NCBI GenBank assembly: GCA_963754825.1
Contig: CAVWHP010000012.1
Span: 4,131 to 68,130, forward strand
DNA length: 64,000 bases
Source of the DNA: an uncultured delta proteobacterium
GTDB taxonomy: Bacteria > Desulfobacterota > Desulfobulbia > Desulfobulbales > Desulfobulbaceae
Reading direction: 5' to 3'
A model generated the notes under the pieces. That model saw only the letters and a list, made by a program, of their open reading frames with translations, was not told where the DNA came from and ran no database searches. A program made the translations under genes and the position numbers. Shown here piece after piece: positions 9,945 through 19,637 of the stretch (its first letter is position 1; each line of letters starts with the position of its first letter).

Positions 9945-10027
9945 ATTTTTTGCAGGGGTGGCGCAAGCCTGAGAAGAGACCCATTGAACCTGATCTGGAT
10001 CGTTCCAGCGGAGGGAATCGCAAAAAA
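9945..10027 (+). ncRNA. TPP riboswitch
   Basis: GGGGTG..CTGAGA..ACCC..GAACCTGATCTGGATCGTTCCAGCGGAGGGA, P1 TTTTTGC/GCAAAAA, upstream of thiM. Confidence 0.95.
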
Positions 10028-10102
10028 TCTCGCCTGATTTTCCCGCCTCAGCCTCTCTTCTCCCAGCCCGACCCGTTTCTTTCTCCGCAAGGAGTACGTT
10101 CC

Positions 10103-10909
10103 ATGTCCCGTTACGCTGCCCGGGCCGCCGAAAACCTGGCCAGGCTCAGGGCCGAGAAGCCGCTCGTCCACAACATCACCAACTTCGTGGTGATGAACTA
10201 TACCGCCAACGTCCTCCTCGCCGCCGGCGCCTCGCCGGTGATGGCCCATGCCGACAACGAGGTGGAGGAGATGGTCGCCCTGGCCGGCGCCCTGGTGCTC
10301 AACATCGGCACGCTCACCGACACCTGGCTGGCGGCCATGGTCAAGGCCGGCCGCAAGGCATCGGAACTGGGCCGGCCCATCGTGCTCGACCCGGTGGGCG
10401 CGGGCGCCACCCGCCTGCGCACCGACGCGTGCCGCCGCCTGCTCGCCGAGACCCGGGTGAGCGTGGTGCGCGGCAATGCCTCGGAGATCCTGGCACTCGC
10501 CGGTGCGGACACAAAGACCAAGGGCGTGGACGCGACCCGGTCGGTGACCGAGGCCACCGAGGCGGCCCGCGACCTGGCCCGGAGCCTGGGCACCACGCTG
10601 GCGGTCACCGGCAGGATCGACTTGGTCACCGACGGCGAGCGCACCCTGCTCGTTGAAGGCGGCCACCCGCTCATGCCCGCGGTCACCGGCACCGGCTGCT
10701 CGGCCACGGCCCTGGTCGCCGCCTTCCACGCCATCGACCCGGACCCGGTCCTGGCCGCGGCCACAGCCCTGGCCTTCTTCGGCGTGGCCGGCGAGGTGGC
10801 CGGCGACGGCGCGCCCGGGCCGGGCAGTTTCATGATCCGCCTGCTCGACGCGCTCTACACCCTCACCCCGGACGAACTGGCGGCCCGCTGCCGCATCCGC
10901 GAGGCCTGA
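10103..10909 (+). CDS. thiM: Hydroxyethylthiazole kinase
   Basis: PLVHNITNFV, LAAGASPVMA, LDPVGAGAT, RGNASEI, VTGTGC; AGGAG RBS. Confidence 0.95.
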   Translation: MSRYAARAAENLARLRAEKPLVHNITNFVVMNYTANVLLAAGASPVMAHADNEVEEMVALAGALVLNIGTLTDTWLAAMVKAGRKASELGRPIVLDPVGAGATRLRTDACRRLLAETRVSVVRGNASEILALAGADTKTKGVDATRSVTEATEAARDLARSLGTTLAVTGRIDLVTDGERTLLVEGGHPLMPAVTGTGCSATALVAAFHAIDPDPVLAAATALAFFGVAGEVAGDGAPGPGSFMIRLLDALYTLTPDELAARCRIREA

Positions 10910-10914
10910 GTTCC

Positions 10915-11586
10915 ATGTTCGACTACTCCCTCTACCTGGTCACGGACCGGACCCTGTCGCTCGGGCGGAGCACGGTGGAAGTCGTGCGCGCGGCCATCAG
11001 GGGCGGGGTGAGCTGCGTGCAGCTGCGCGAGAAGGGCTGTTCGACGCGGGAGTTCATGGATGAGGCGCGGCTGCTCAAGACACTGCTCGCCGGCACGGGC
11101 GTGCCGCTTTTCATCAACGACCGGCTCGACGTGGCCCTGGCCGTGGGCGCGGACGGGGTCCATCTCGGCCAGAACGACCTGGCCATCGCGGACGCCCGCC
11201 GCCTGGTCGGCAACCGGATGATCATCGGCATCTCGGCCGAGTCGGTGGCAGACGCCATCCGTGCCGAGGCCGAGGGCGCGGACTACATCGGCGCGAGCCC
11301 GGTGTTCACCACCCCGACCAAGACCGACACCGCCCCGCCGCTCGGCCTGGACGGGCTGCGCGCCATCCGCCGGGCCGTGCGGCTGCCGCTCGTGGCCATT
11401 GGCGGTATCGACGCCAACAACGCCGCCCAGGTGCTGCGCGCCGGCGCCGACGGCCTGGCCGTGGTCTCGGCCATCGTCAGCGCGCCCTGCCCGCGCACGG
11501 CCGCAGCCGTGCTCCGGCAACGGATTCAATCGACCCACAACGAGGAACCAGCATGCAAGCAAAGAAGCACTATCACCGGGTCCTGA
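10915..11586 (+). CDS. thiE: Thiamine-phosphate synthase
   Basis: LYLVTD, VQLREK, INDRLD, GVHLGQND, TPTK, AIGGI. Confidence 0.95.
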   Translation: MFDYSLYLVTDRTLSLGRSTVEVVRAAIRGGVSCVQLREKGCSTREFMDEARLLKTLLAGTGVPLFINDRLDVALAVGADGVHLGQNDLAIADARRLVGNRMIIGISAESVADAIRAEAEGADYIGASPVFTTPTKTDTAPPLGLDGLRAIRRAVRLPLVAIGGIDANNAAQVLRAGADGLAVVSAIVSAPCPRTAAAVLRQRIQSTHNEEPACKQRSTITGS

Positions 11587-12368
11587 CCATCGCCGGTTCC
11601 GACAGCGGCGGCGGCGCCGGTATTCAGGCCGACCTGAAGACCATCTCCGCCAACCGCTGCTACGGCATGAGCGTCATCACCGCCCTGACCGCCCAGAACA
11701 CCCTGGGCGTCACCGCCATCCACGCCGTGCCGGTGGATTTCGTTGCCGCCCAGATGGACGCGGTGCTCTCGGACATCGGCGCGGACGCGGTCAAGATCGG
11801 CATGCTCTTCTCGCCCGAACTGATCCGCACCGTGGCCGACGGGCTGCGCCGGCACGGGGCCAAAAACATCGTGCTCGACCCGGTGATGGTGGCCCAGAGC
11901 GGCGACAAGCTGCTCCAGGACGAGGCCGTGGCCGCGATCAAGGAACACCTCATCCCGCTCGCCGACCTGATCACCCCCAACCTGCCCGAGGCCTCGGTGC
12001 TGCTCGACCGGGAGATCACGAGCGAAGCCGACCTTGCGGCCGCGGCCACCGACCTGGCGGCCATGGGCGCAGGCAACGTGCTCATCAAAGGCGGTCACCT
12101 GGAGTCGGAGAACAGCGACGACTGCCTCTACCTGGGCGACGAGCAACGGCTGGTCACCCTGGCGGGCGAGCGCGTGGTCACCCGCAACAACCACGGCACC
12201 GGCTGCACGCTCAGCTCGGCCATTGCCGCCTACCTGGCCCGCGGCGAGGACATGGAGACCGCGGTGCGCCTGGGCAAGGACTACATCACCGGCGCCATCC
12301 AGGCCGGCGCCGCTTACGAGATCGGCCGCGGCAACGGCCCGGTGCACCATTTCTTCCGTTTCTTCTGA
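11553..12368 (+). CDS. thiD: HMP/HMP-P kinase
   Basis: TIAGSDSGGGAGIQADLKT, TAQNT, LDPVMVA, HGTGCT. Confidence 0.95.
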   Translation: MQAKKHYHRVLTIAGSDSGGGAGIQADLKTISANRCYGMSVITALTAQNTLGVTAIHAVPVDFVAAQMDAVLSDIGADAVKIGMLFSPELIRTVADGLRRHGAKNIVLDPVMVAQSGDKLLQDEAVAAIKEHLIPLADLITPNLPEASVLLDREITSEADLAAAATDLAAMGAGNVLIKGGHLESENSDDCLYLGDEQRLVTLAGERVVTRNNHGTGCTLSSAIAAYLARGEDMETAVRLGKDYITGAIQAGAAYEIGRGNGPVHHFFRFF

Positions 12369-12372
12369 CCCG

Positions 12373-13143
12373 TTGGCCGCGTCCGCGCCCTCGGCCGCCC
12401 CGGCCATTGTCATCGACGGGGTCGGCCTGGAGTTCGAGGGTCGGCCGCTGTTCACCGATCTCTCGCTGCGCTTTAGCGCCGGCCGCACCACCTGCCTGCT
12501 CGGCCCGAGCGGCTGCGGCAAGTCGACCCTGCTCAAGCTGATCGCCGGCAGCGTGACCCTGCCCGCCACCGGCCGGGTCCGCTTCGAACCCGACCCGGCC
12601 GGAGCGCGGGTGGTGGCCTGGATGGGCCAGAACGACCTGCTCCTGCCCTGGCTCAGCCTGCTCGACAACGTCCTGCTCGGGGCGCGGCTGCGCGGCGAGG
12701 TGAACGACACCCGGCGCGCCCGGGCCCGCGACCTGCTCCACGCCGCCGACCTCGCCGGCCGCGAGCAGGCCCTGCCGGCCACGCTCTCCGGCGGCATGCG
12801 CCAGCGCGCGGCCCTGCTGCGCACCCTCATGGAGGATCGGCCGGTGCTGCTCATGGACGAGCCCTTCTCGGCGCTCGACGCGCTCACCCGCATGCGCCTG
12901 CAGAACCTGGCCGCCGAACTCACCCGCGGGGCCACGGTGGTGCTCGTCACCCATGACCCGCTCGAGGCCCTGCGCCTGGCGGACCGGATCATCGTGCTCA
13001 CCGGCGCGCCGGCGCGGGTGGCGGCCACCCTGGAACTGGACGGGCCGACGCCGCGCGACCCGGGCGACCCGGCCCTGGCCCGGCGGCATGGTGAACTGCT
13101 CGGCCTGCTCATGGGCGAGACCGAGTCGGCGGAAGCGCCATGA
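12373..13143 (+). CDS. thiZ: ABC transporter ATP-binding subunit (HMP-precursor uptake)
   Basis: GPSGCGKST, LSGGMRQR, LMDEPFSALD; TTG start approximate. Confidence 0.88.
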   Translation: MAASAPSAAPAIVIDGVGLEFEGRPLFTDLSLRFSAGRTTCLLGPSGCGKSTLLKLIAGSVTLPATGRVRFEPDPAGARVVAWMGQNDLLLPWLSLLDNVLLGARLRGEVNDTRRARARDLLHAADLAGREQALPATLSGGMRQRAALLRTLMEDRPVLLMDEPFSALDALTRMRLQNLAAELTRGATVVLVTHDPLEALRLADRIIVLTGAPARVAATLELDGPTPRDPGDPALARRHGELLGLLMGETESAEAP

Positions 13144-13892
13144 ACCACCTGCGTCTGCCCCTGCTCGCCACGGGCCTCATCACCCTGTGGCAGCTGGTGG
13201 TGCTCGTCACCGGGGTGCCGCCCTACATCCTGCCCGGACCGCTGCCCGTGGCCCGGGCCCTGGTCACCCACCTGCCGGTGCTCGCCCCGCACCTGGCCAT
13301 CACGGTGATCGAGATCCTGCTCGGCCTGCTCATCGGCGGACTGCTCGGCAGCATCGCGGCCCTGACCATGATCCTCTCGCCGCTCTTGAAGCGGTGGCTG
13401 CTGCCCGTGCTGGTCATCAGTCAGGCCATCCCGGTGTTCGCCCTGGCACCGATCCTGGTGCTCTGGCTGGGCTACGGCATGGCCTCCAAGGTGGCCATGG
13501 CGGTCTTGATCATCTTCTTCCCGGTGACCGCCTCGTTCCACGACGGCATGCAGCGCACCGACCGCGACCTGCTCGACCTGGCGCGCATCATGGGCGCGAG
13601 CCCGACCGGGGTGCTCCGCCACATCGTCATCCCCTCGGCCCTGCCCGCCTTTGCCGCGGGCATGCGCGTGGCCGCGGCAGTGGCGCCCATCGGCGCGGTG
13701 ATCGGCGAGTGGGTCGGATCGAGCGAGGGGCTGGGCTTCTATATGCTCCATGCCAACGCCCGCATGCAGGTCGACCTGATGTTCGCAGCCCTCACCCTCT
13801 TGGCCGCGGCCTCGCTCACCCTGTATTTCTGCATCGACCGCCTGCTCGACAGGCTGGTGTACTGGCAACCCAAACACGGAACCGCCCCATGA
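13140..13892 (+). CDS. thiX: ABC transporter permease (NitT/TauT type)
   Basis: Hydrophobic; ARIMGAS (EAA-like), AVIGEW..SSEGLG; operon context. Confidence 0.88.
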   Translation: MNHLRLPLLATGLITLWQLVVLVTGVPPYILPGPLPVARALVTHLPVLAPHLAITVIEILLGLLIGGLLGSIAALTMILSPLLKRWLLPVLVISQAIPVFALAPILVLWLGYGMASKVAMAVLIIFFPVTASFHDGMQRTDRDLLDLARIMGASPTGVLRHIVIPSALPAFAAGMRVAAAVAPIGAVIGEWVGSSEGLGFYMLHANARMQVDLMFAALTLLAAASLTLYFCIDRLLDRLVYWQPKHGTAP

Positions 13893-14836
13893 AAAAGCTC
13901 ACCCTCGTCCTCGTCGCCCTTGCTGTTCTCCTTCTGCCCTGCCAGCGCGCCGGTGCGGCGGACAAACTGACCGTGATCCTCGACTGGTTCGTCAACCCGG
14001 ACCACGCGCCCCTGTACGTGGCCCTGGAAAAGGGCTTTTTCAAGGACCGCGGCCTGGAGGTGGAACTGATCGCGCCCTCCAACCCGAGCGACCCGGCCAA
14101 GCTGGTGGCCGCGGGCAAGGCCGACATCGCCGTGTCCTATCAGCACCAGCACCAGATGCAGGTCGACCAGGGGCTGCCGCTGGTGCGCATCGCCACCCTC
14201 ATCGCCACCCCGCTCAACTCGCTGGTGGTGCTGGCCGACGGGCCGATCAAGACCATCGCCGACCTCAAGGGCAAGACCATCGGCTACTCGGTGGGCGGCT
14301 TCGAGACTGTGTTGCTCAAGGCCATGCTCGCCCGGGCCGGGTTGACGCTCGACGACGTCAAGCTGGTCAACGTCAACTTCTCGCTGTCGCCGGCCCTGTT
14401 CACCGGCCAGGCGGACGCCACCATCGGGGCCTTCCGCAACTTCGAACTCAACCAGATGGACATCGAAAAACGGCCCGGCCGCGCCTTCCTGGTGGAGGAG
14501 CACGGCGTGCCCAGCTACGACGAGCTGATCCTGGTGGCTGGCAGCAAAAAACTGGCTGACCCGCGGTTGCGCCGCTTCGTCGATGCCCTCGAGGAGGGCG
14601 TACAGTACCTGGTCAACCACCCGGACGAGAGCTGGCGGCTGTTCGTCAGCCACGGCCGGGAAAATCTCGACGATGAACTCAACCGCCGCGCCTGGCGCGA
14701 CACCCTGCCGCGCTTTGCCCTGCGGCCGGGCGCGCTCGACCGCAACCGCTATCTGCGCTTCGCCCGCTTCCTCGAGCAGGAAAAAATCGTCGGCACCGTG
14801 CCACCGCTGGACACCTGGGCAGTGGAACTGCCGTAA
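13889..14836 (+). CDS. thiY: ABC substrate-binding protein, NMT1/THI5 family
   Basis: Signal peptide; LDWFVNPDHAP, GAFRNFE, GVPSYDEL. Confidence 0.9.
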   Translation: MKKLTLVLVALAVLLLPCQRAGAADKLTVILDWFVNPDHAPLYVALEKGFFKDRGLEVELIAPSNPSDPAKLVAAGKADIAVSYQHQHQMQVDQGLPLVRIATLIATPLNSLVVLADGPIKTIADLKGKTIGYSVGGFETVLLKAMLARAGLTLDDVKLVNVNFSLSPALFTGQADATIGAFRNFELNQMDIEKRPGRAFLVEEHGVPSYDELILVAGSKKLADPRLRRFVDALEEGVQYLVNHPDESWRLFVSHGRENLDDELNRRAWRDTLPRFALRPGALDRNRYLRFARFLEQEKIVGTVPPLDTWAVELP

Positions 14837-14878
14837 ACCGCTGCAGACCGGCATCGGCCTACTGGGATCCAAAAAACC

Positions 14879-16303
<1,425 letters not shown>

Positions 16304-16331
16304 CCCGCCCGCACCGCCGGGCACCCGCCTC

Positions 16332-16389
16332 GTCCTGCAACGCAGGACAGATTCCAGCTCCGCAGGACAATCCGCCCCATCACAGGACA
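16332..16389. promoter_or_regulatory. Three phased putative activator-binding sites (UAS)
   Basis: CAGGACA at 16343, 16363 and 16383 (20-bp period); the first is part of the palindrome GTCCTGC-AAC-GCAGGAC. Confidence 0.6.
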
Positions 16390-16479
16390 GTCACGCCCGC
16401 CGGCCGGCCCCACCCCTCGTTGTGCAAGCCCCTGAACCGACGTCCTCTTCTCCTCCCGCCTGGACCTTCACGCCGGCCA

Positions 16480-16495
16480 TGGTCCGGTTTTTGCG
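16480..16495 (+). promoter_or_regulatory. Sigma-54 (-24/-12) promoter
   Basis: TGGTCCGGTTTTTGCG: GG-N10-GC with TTGC. Confidence 0.6.
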
Positions 16496-16613
16496 ACCAC
16501 GGATACCACTGTGTGACCATGTTCCGAATTGCGCTGCTGTTGTCCTGCCCTGCGCAACCGGAACACCACCAAATTAATCGCGGCCTGCGCCGCCCTGCTC
16601 AAGGAGTACCCCC

Positions 16614-17075
16614 ATGTTTCGACGTTCGTTGTTGCCCTCTGTCTGCACCTGCCTGCTCACCGGTTCCCTGCTCATCTGCACGGCCGCGGCCGCCCCGGCC
16701 AAAAGCATTGTCAAAGACGAAACCAACATCCGTTCCGGCCCCAGCACGAAGGACGAAATCCTGTTCACCGTGCCCCGCGGCTACCCCATCCAGGTGGAGC
16801 GACGCTCCGGTCAGTGGACCCAGTTCCGCGACTGGCAGAACAACACCGCCTGGGTGTACACGCCCTTGGTGAGCGACATCAACACCGCCGTGATCACCGC
16901 GGAAAAGGTGAACATCCGCAGCAGCGGCAGCCTGAAATCGCAGGTGGTGACCAATGCCGAGATGGGCGAGATCTACCGGGTGCTCGGCAAGAAGGGCGAC
17001 TGGGTGCAGCTCGGCTATTACGACAACAGCAGTCCGGTGGGCTGGATCCGCCACGACCTGGTGTTTGGTGACTGA
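16614..17075 (+). CDS. Secreted tandem bacterial SH3-domain protein
   Basis: Signal peptide; two repeats NIRSGP...W...AWV and NIRSSG...W...GWI; AAGGAG RBS. Confidence 0.88.
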   Translation: MFRRSLLPSVCTCLLTGSLLICTAAAAPAKSIVKDETNIRSGPSTKDEILFTVPRGYPIQVERRSGQWTQFRDWQNNTAWVYTPLVSDINTAVITAEKVNIRSSGSLKSQVVTNAEMGEIYRVLGKKGDWVQLGYYDNSSPVGWIRHDLVFGD

Positions 17076-17219
17076 GATGCGCCGTCCGCTTTTTCCAGGC
17101 GCGCAGCCGGACCGCGGCGGGTGGCTTCCTGCCCGACGCGGTCCGGCCGGGCCGGCGACGTTCCGCCCCGTCGGCTGCCGTTGCACCACCCGGCGGGAAT
17201 GAAGGAGAGACCGACATTT

Positions 17220-17320
17220 GTCGTTCTCGTAAAAAGCCACGAGAACGACGTCTCTTGCTTCATAACAGGCTGTTTTTGCTAAGCGTAACTTTGCGGGTTT
17301 TGACTTTTTACGATGCCATC
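17220..17320. mobile_element. 101-bp MITE-like non-autonomous element
   Basis: Imperfect terminal inverted repeats GTCGTTCTCGTAAAAAGCC and GACTTTTTACGATGCCATC, flanked by direct repeat ACATTT (17214-17219, 17321-17326). Confidence 0.7.
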
Positions 17321-17996
17321 ACATTTGACTTCGGAAGACGCCTTTGCCGTCAAGGACTGCGGCCTCATCGCCATCGCCACCGGCCAGGAAGCGCAGAACC
17401 TGCGCGAACTGCGCGACCGGGTGGCGACCATCCACCCGGGCTGCATCTACTATCACTTCTGGGGCGGTATGCTCCGCCCCAGCTTCGACGAACCCGAATA
17501 CCAGAACGACTTTGCCGCCTGGGCCTGGCGCAGCCTGCATGACGCCAGCCTGGCCGAACGGCTGGCGATCATCGACCCCGGCCAGTACCGGGAGATCGAC
17601 GGCCTGCGCCAGGAACTGCTCGACGTGATCGAGGAGCGGCTGGCGGAGAGCGAACTGGTGGTCTGGGCCCACCCGGGCCAGCGATTCAAATTCATCCGCT
17701 CGCAGATCCTGGTGTTCGACACCGGCACGCGCATCAATGCGCCGTCGGAAATGGCCGAACAGATCAGCCTGATGTCGCGCGGCTCGATCTTCTACCACTT
17801 CATCGACGCGCGGCGGCGCACGGACAGCGGCCGCAGCGACTTCACCGAGTGGCTGGCGGCCTTTGACGACGCGGCCTGCACCGACCTGATCCGCCGGATC
17901 AACGCCATCGATCCCTGGTTCACCACCCTCACCGCCCTGCGCCAGGAACTGGCCTCGGTGTTCGGCCGCATCCCGGCCGGAGGAGGTGCCGGATGA
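17313..17996 (+). CDS. DUF5752-family protein (commonly upstream of treT)
   Basis: Duplicated motif IYYHF...NDFAAW and IFYHF...SDFTEW; overlaps treT by ATGA. Confidence 0.85.
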   Translation: MPSHLTSEDAFAVKDCGLIAIATGQEAQNLRELRDRVATIHPGCIYYHFWGGMLRPSFDEPEYQNDFAAWAWRSLHDASLAERLAIIDPGQYREIDGLRQELLDVIEERLAESELVVWAHPGQRFKFIRSQILVFDTGTRINAPSEMAEQISLMSRGSIFYHFIDARRRTDSGRSDFTEWLAAFDDAACTDLIRRINAIDPWFTTLTALRQELASVFGRIPAGGGAG

Positions 17997-19228
17997 GCGG
18001 ACTTCTCGAAAAATATGTGCCCATCGTCGGCGCCGAGGTGATCGACCATCTCCGCCACCTGGCCGAACCGCTGCGCGGCAGCCGGGTGGTGCATGTCAAC
18101 TCGACCCGCGAGGGCGGCGGCGTGGCCGAGATCCTCAGCTGGCTGATCCCGTTCAAACAGGAATTGGGGCTGGAAACGAGCTGGGAGGTGATCGAGGGCG
18201 GCCCGGAGTTCTACCAGTGCACCAAGAGCTTCCACAACGGCCTGCAGGGCGCGCCGGTGGCGATCCCGCCCAGACAGCTGGCCGCCTACGAACAGACCAA
18301 CCGGGACAATGCCGAACGGCTGCGCGGCCTGCTCAGCGAGGCGGACTTCGTCTTCATCCACGACCCGCAGCCGGCGCCGCTGTTCCACTTCTGCCCGGAG
18401 CACAAGGGCAAATGGGTGTGGCGCTGCCATATCGACCTGAGCCGCCCGCACCGGGCGGTGTGGAAGTACCTGCGCGACTGGGTCGGCAGCTACGACGCCT
18501 CGATCTGGTCGCTGGCCGACTTTGCCCAGCCCCTGCCCCACCCGCTCTACCTGATCGCGCCGAGCATCGACCCGCTCAGCCAGAAGAACCGGGACCTCTA
18601 CCCGGGCGAGGTGGACGCGGTGTTCGACCGTCACGGCCTGGACCCGGACCTGCCGCTCATCACCCAGGTGTCCCGCTACGACCGCTTCAAGGACCCGCTC
18701 GGCGTGATCCGCTCCTACCAGCTGGCCAGGGAATACACGCCCCTGCAGCTGGTGCTGGCCGGCGGCGGCGCGGCCGACGACCCCGAGGGCGAGGAGGTGC
18801 TGCGCGAGGTGCGCGAGGCGGCCGGCGACGACCCGAACATCCACATCCTGCTCCTGCCCGCCGACAGCCACCGGGAGATCAACGCCCTGCAGCGGGCCTC
18901 GACCATCGTCCTGCAGAAATCGACCCGCGAGGGGTTCGGGCTGACCGTCACCGAGGCCCTGTGGAAGGGTAAACCGGTGATCGGCGGCAACACCGGCGGC
19001 ATCCGCCTGCAGGTGATCAACCACCAGACCGGCTTTCTGGTGAGCACGCCCGAGGGTGCGGCCCTGCGTATCCGCTACCTGCTCCGCAACCGTGACCACC
19101 TGGCGGAGATGGGTGAGCGGGGCCGGGCGCTCGTGCTCGATAACTTCCTCGTCACCCGCCACCTGCGCGAGTACCTCACCCTGATGCACGCCCTGCGTCA
19201 CGAAGGGCTGGACCGGATCGAACTGTAG
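17993..19228 (+). CDS. treT: Trehalose synthase TreT-like GT4 glycosyltransferase
   Basis: HVNSTREGGGVAEIL, IHDPQP, WRCHIDLS, SRYDRFKDPLGV, QKSTREGFGLTVTEALWK. Confidence 0.9.
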   Translation: MSGLLEKYVPIVGAEVIDHLRHLAEPLRGSRVVHVNSTREGGGVAEILSWLIPFKQELGLETSWEVIEGGPEFYQCTKSFHNGLQGAPVAIPPRQLAAYEQTNRDNAERLRGLLSEADFVFIHDPQPAPLFHFCPEHKGKWVWRCHIDLSRPHRAVWKYLRDWVGSYDASIWSLADFAQPLPHPLYLIAPSIDPLSQKNRDLYPGEVDAVFDRHGLDPDLPLITQVSRYDRFKDPLGVIRSYQLAREYTPLQLVLAGGGAADDPEGEEVLREVREAAGDDPNIHILLLPADSHREINALQRASTIVLQKSTREGFGLTVTEALWKGKPVIGGNTGGIRLQVINHQTGFLVSTPEGAALRIRYLLRNRDHLAEMGERGRALVLDNFLVTRHLREYLTLMHALRHEGLDRIEL

Positions 19229-19298
19229 CCGTCGCGGCCGGCCTGACCCCGCCCTGGAGCGACCCGGCCCGGCATCGGGCGGGTTCGCGCCGATCACC

Positions 19299-19637
19299 GT
19301 GGACGGGCGCATCGCCGGCTTCTTCCAGTTGCTGCCCGATCACACCCTGCTGCGCTACTCGACCTTCCAGCGCCACGACGACTCGCTGGACGGCTGCCCG
19401 CCGGCCGCGTCGTGGCTCGACCGGGCGGCCATCCTCGCCCGCCTCCACGAAAAAAAGCGGCCCGACGAAACCGTCGGGCCGCTTTTCCTCTCCTATGATC
19501 GCACCCCAGACCGCCTTGCCTGGGCAACGGTGCTCACCGCTGCCCGCGGCACCACCCGCACCCTCTACGCCAGCGGCCGCGCGGTCTGGGAGGCCGCTGC
19601 CGGCGGGGAGGACAGCTTCGGCGGCCCGGGGCGTTAG
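19299..19637 (+). CDS. Hypothetical protein, possibly a gene remnant
   Basis: Coding-like GC3 bias but no clear RBS. Confidence 0.35.
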   Translation: MDGRIAGFFQLLPDHTLLRYSTFQRHDDSLDGCPPAASWLDRAAILARLHEKKRPDETVGPLFLSYDRTPDRLAWATVLTAARGTTRTLYASGRAVWEAAAGGEDSFGGPGR

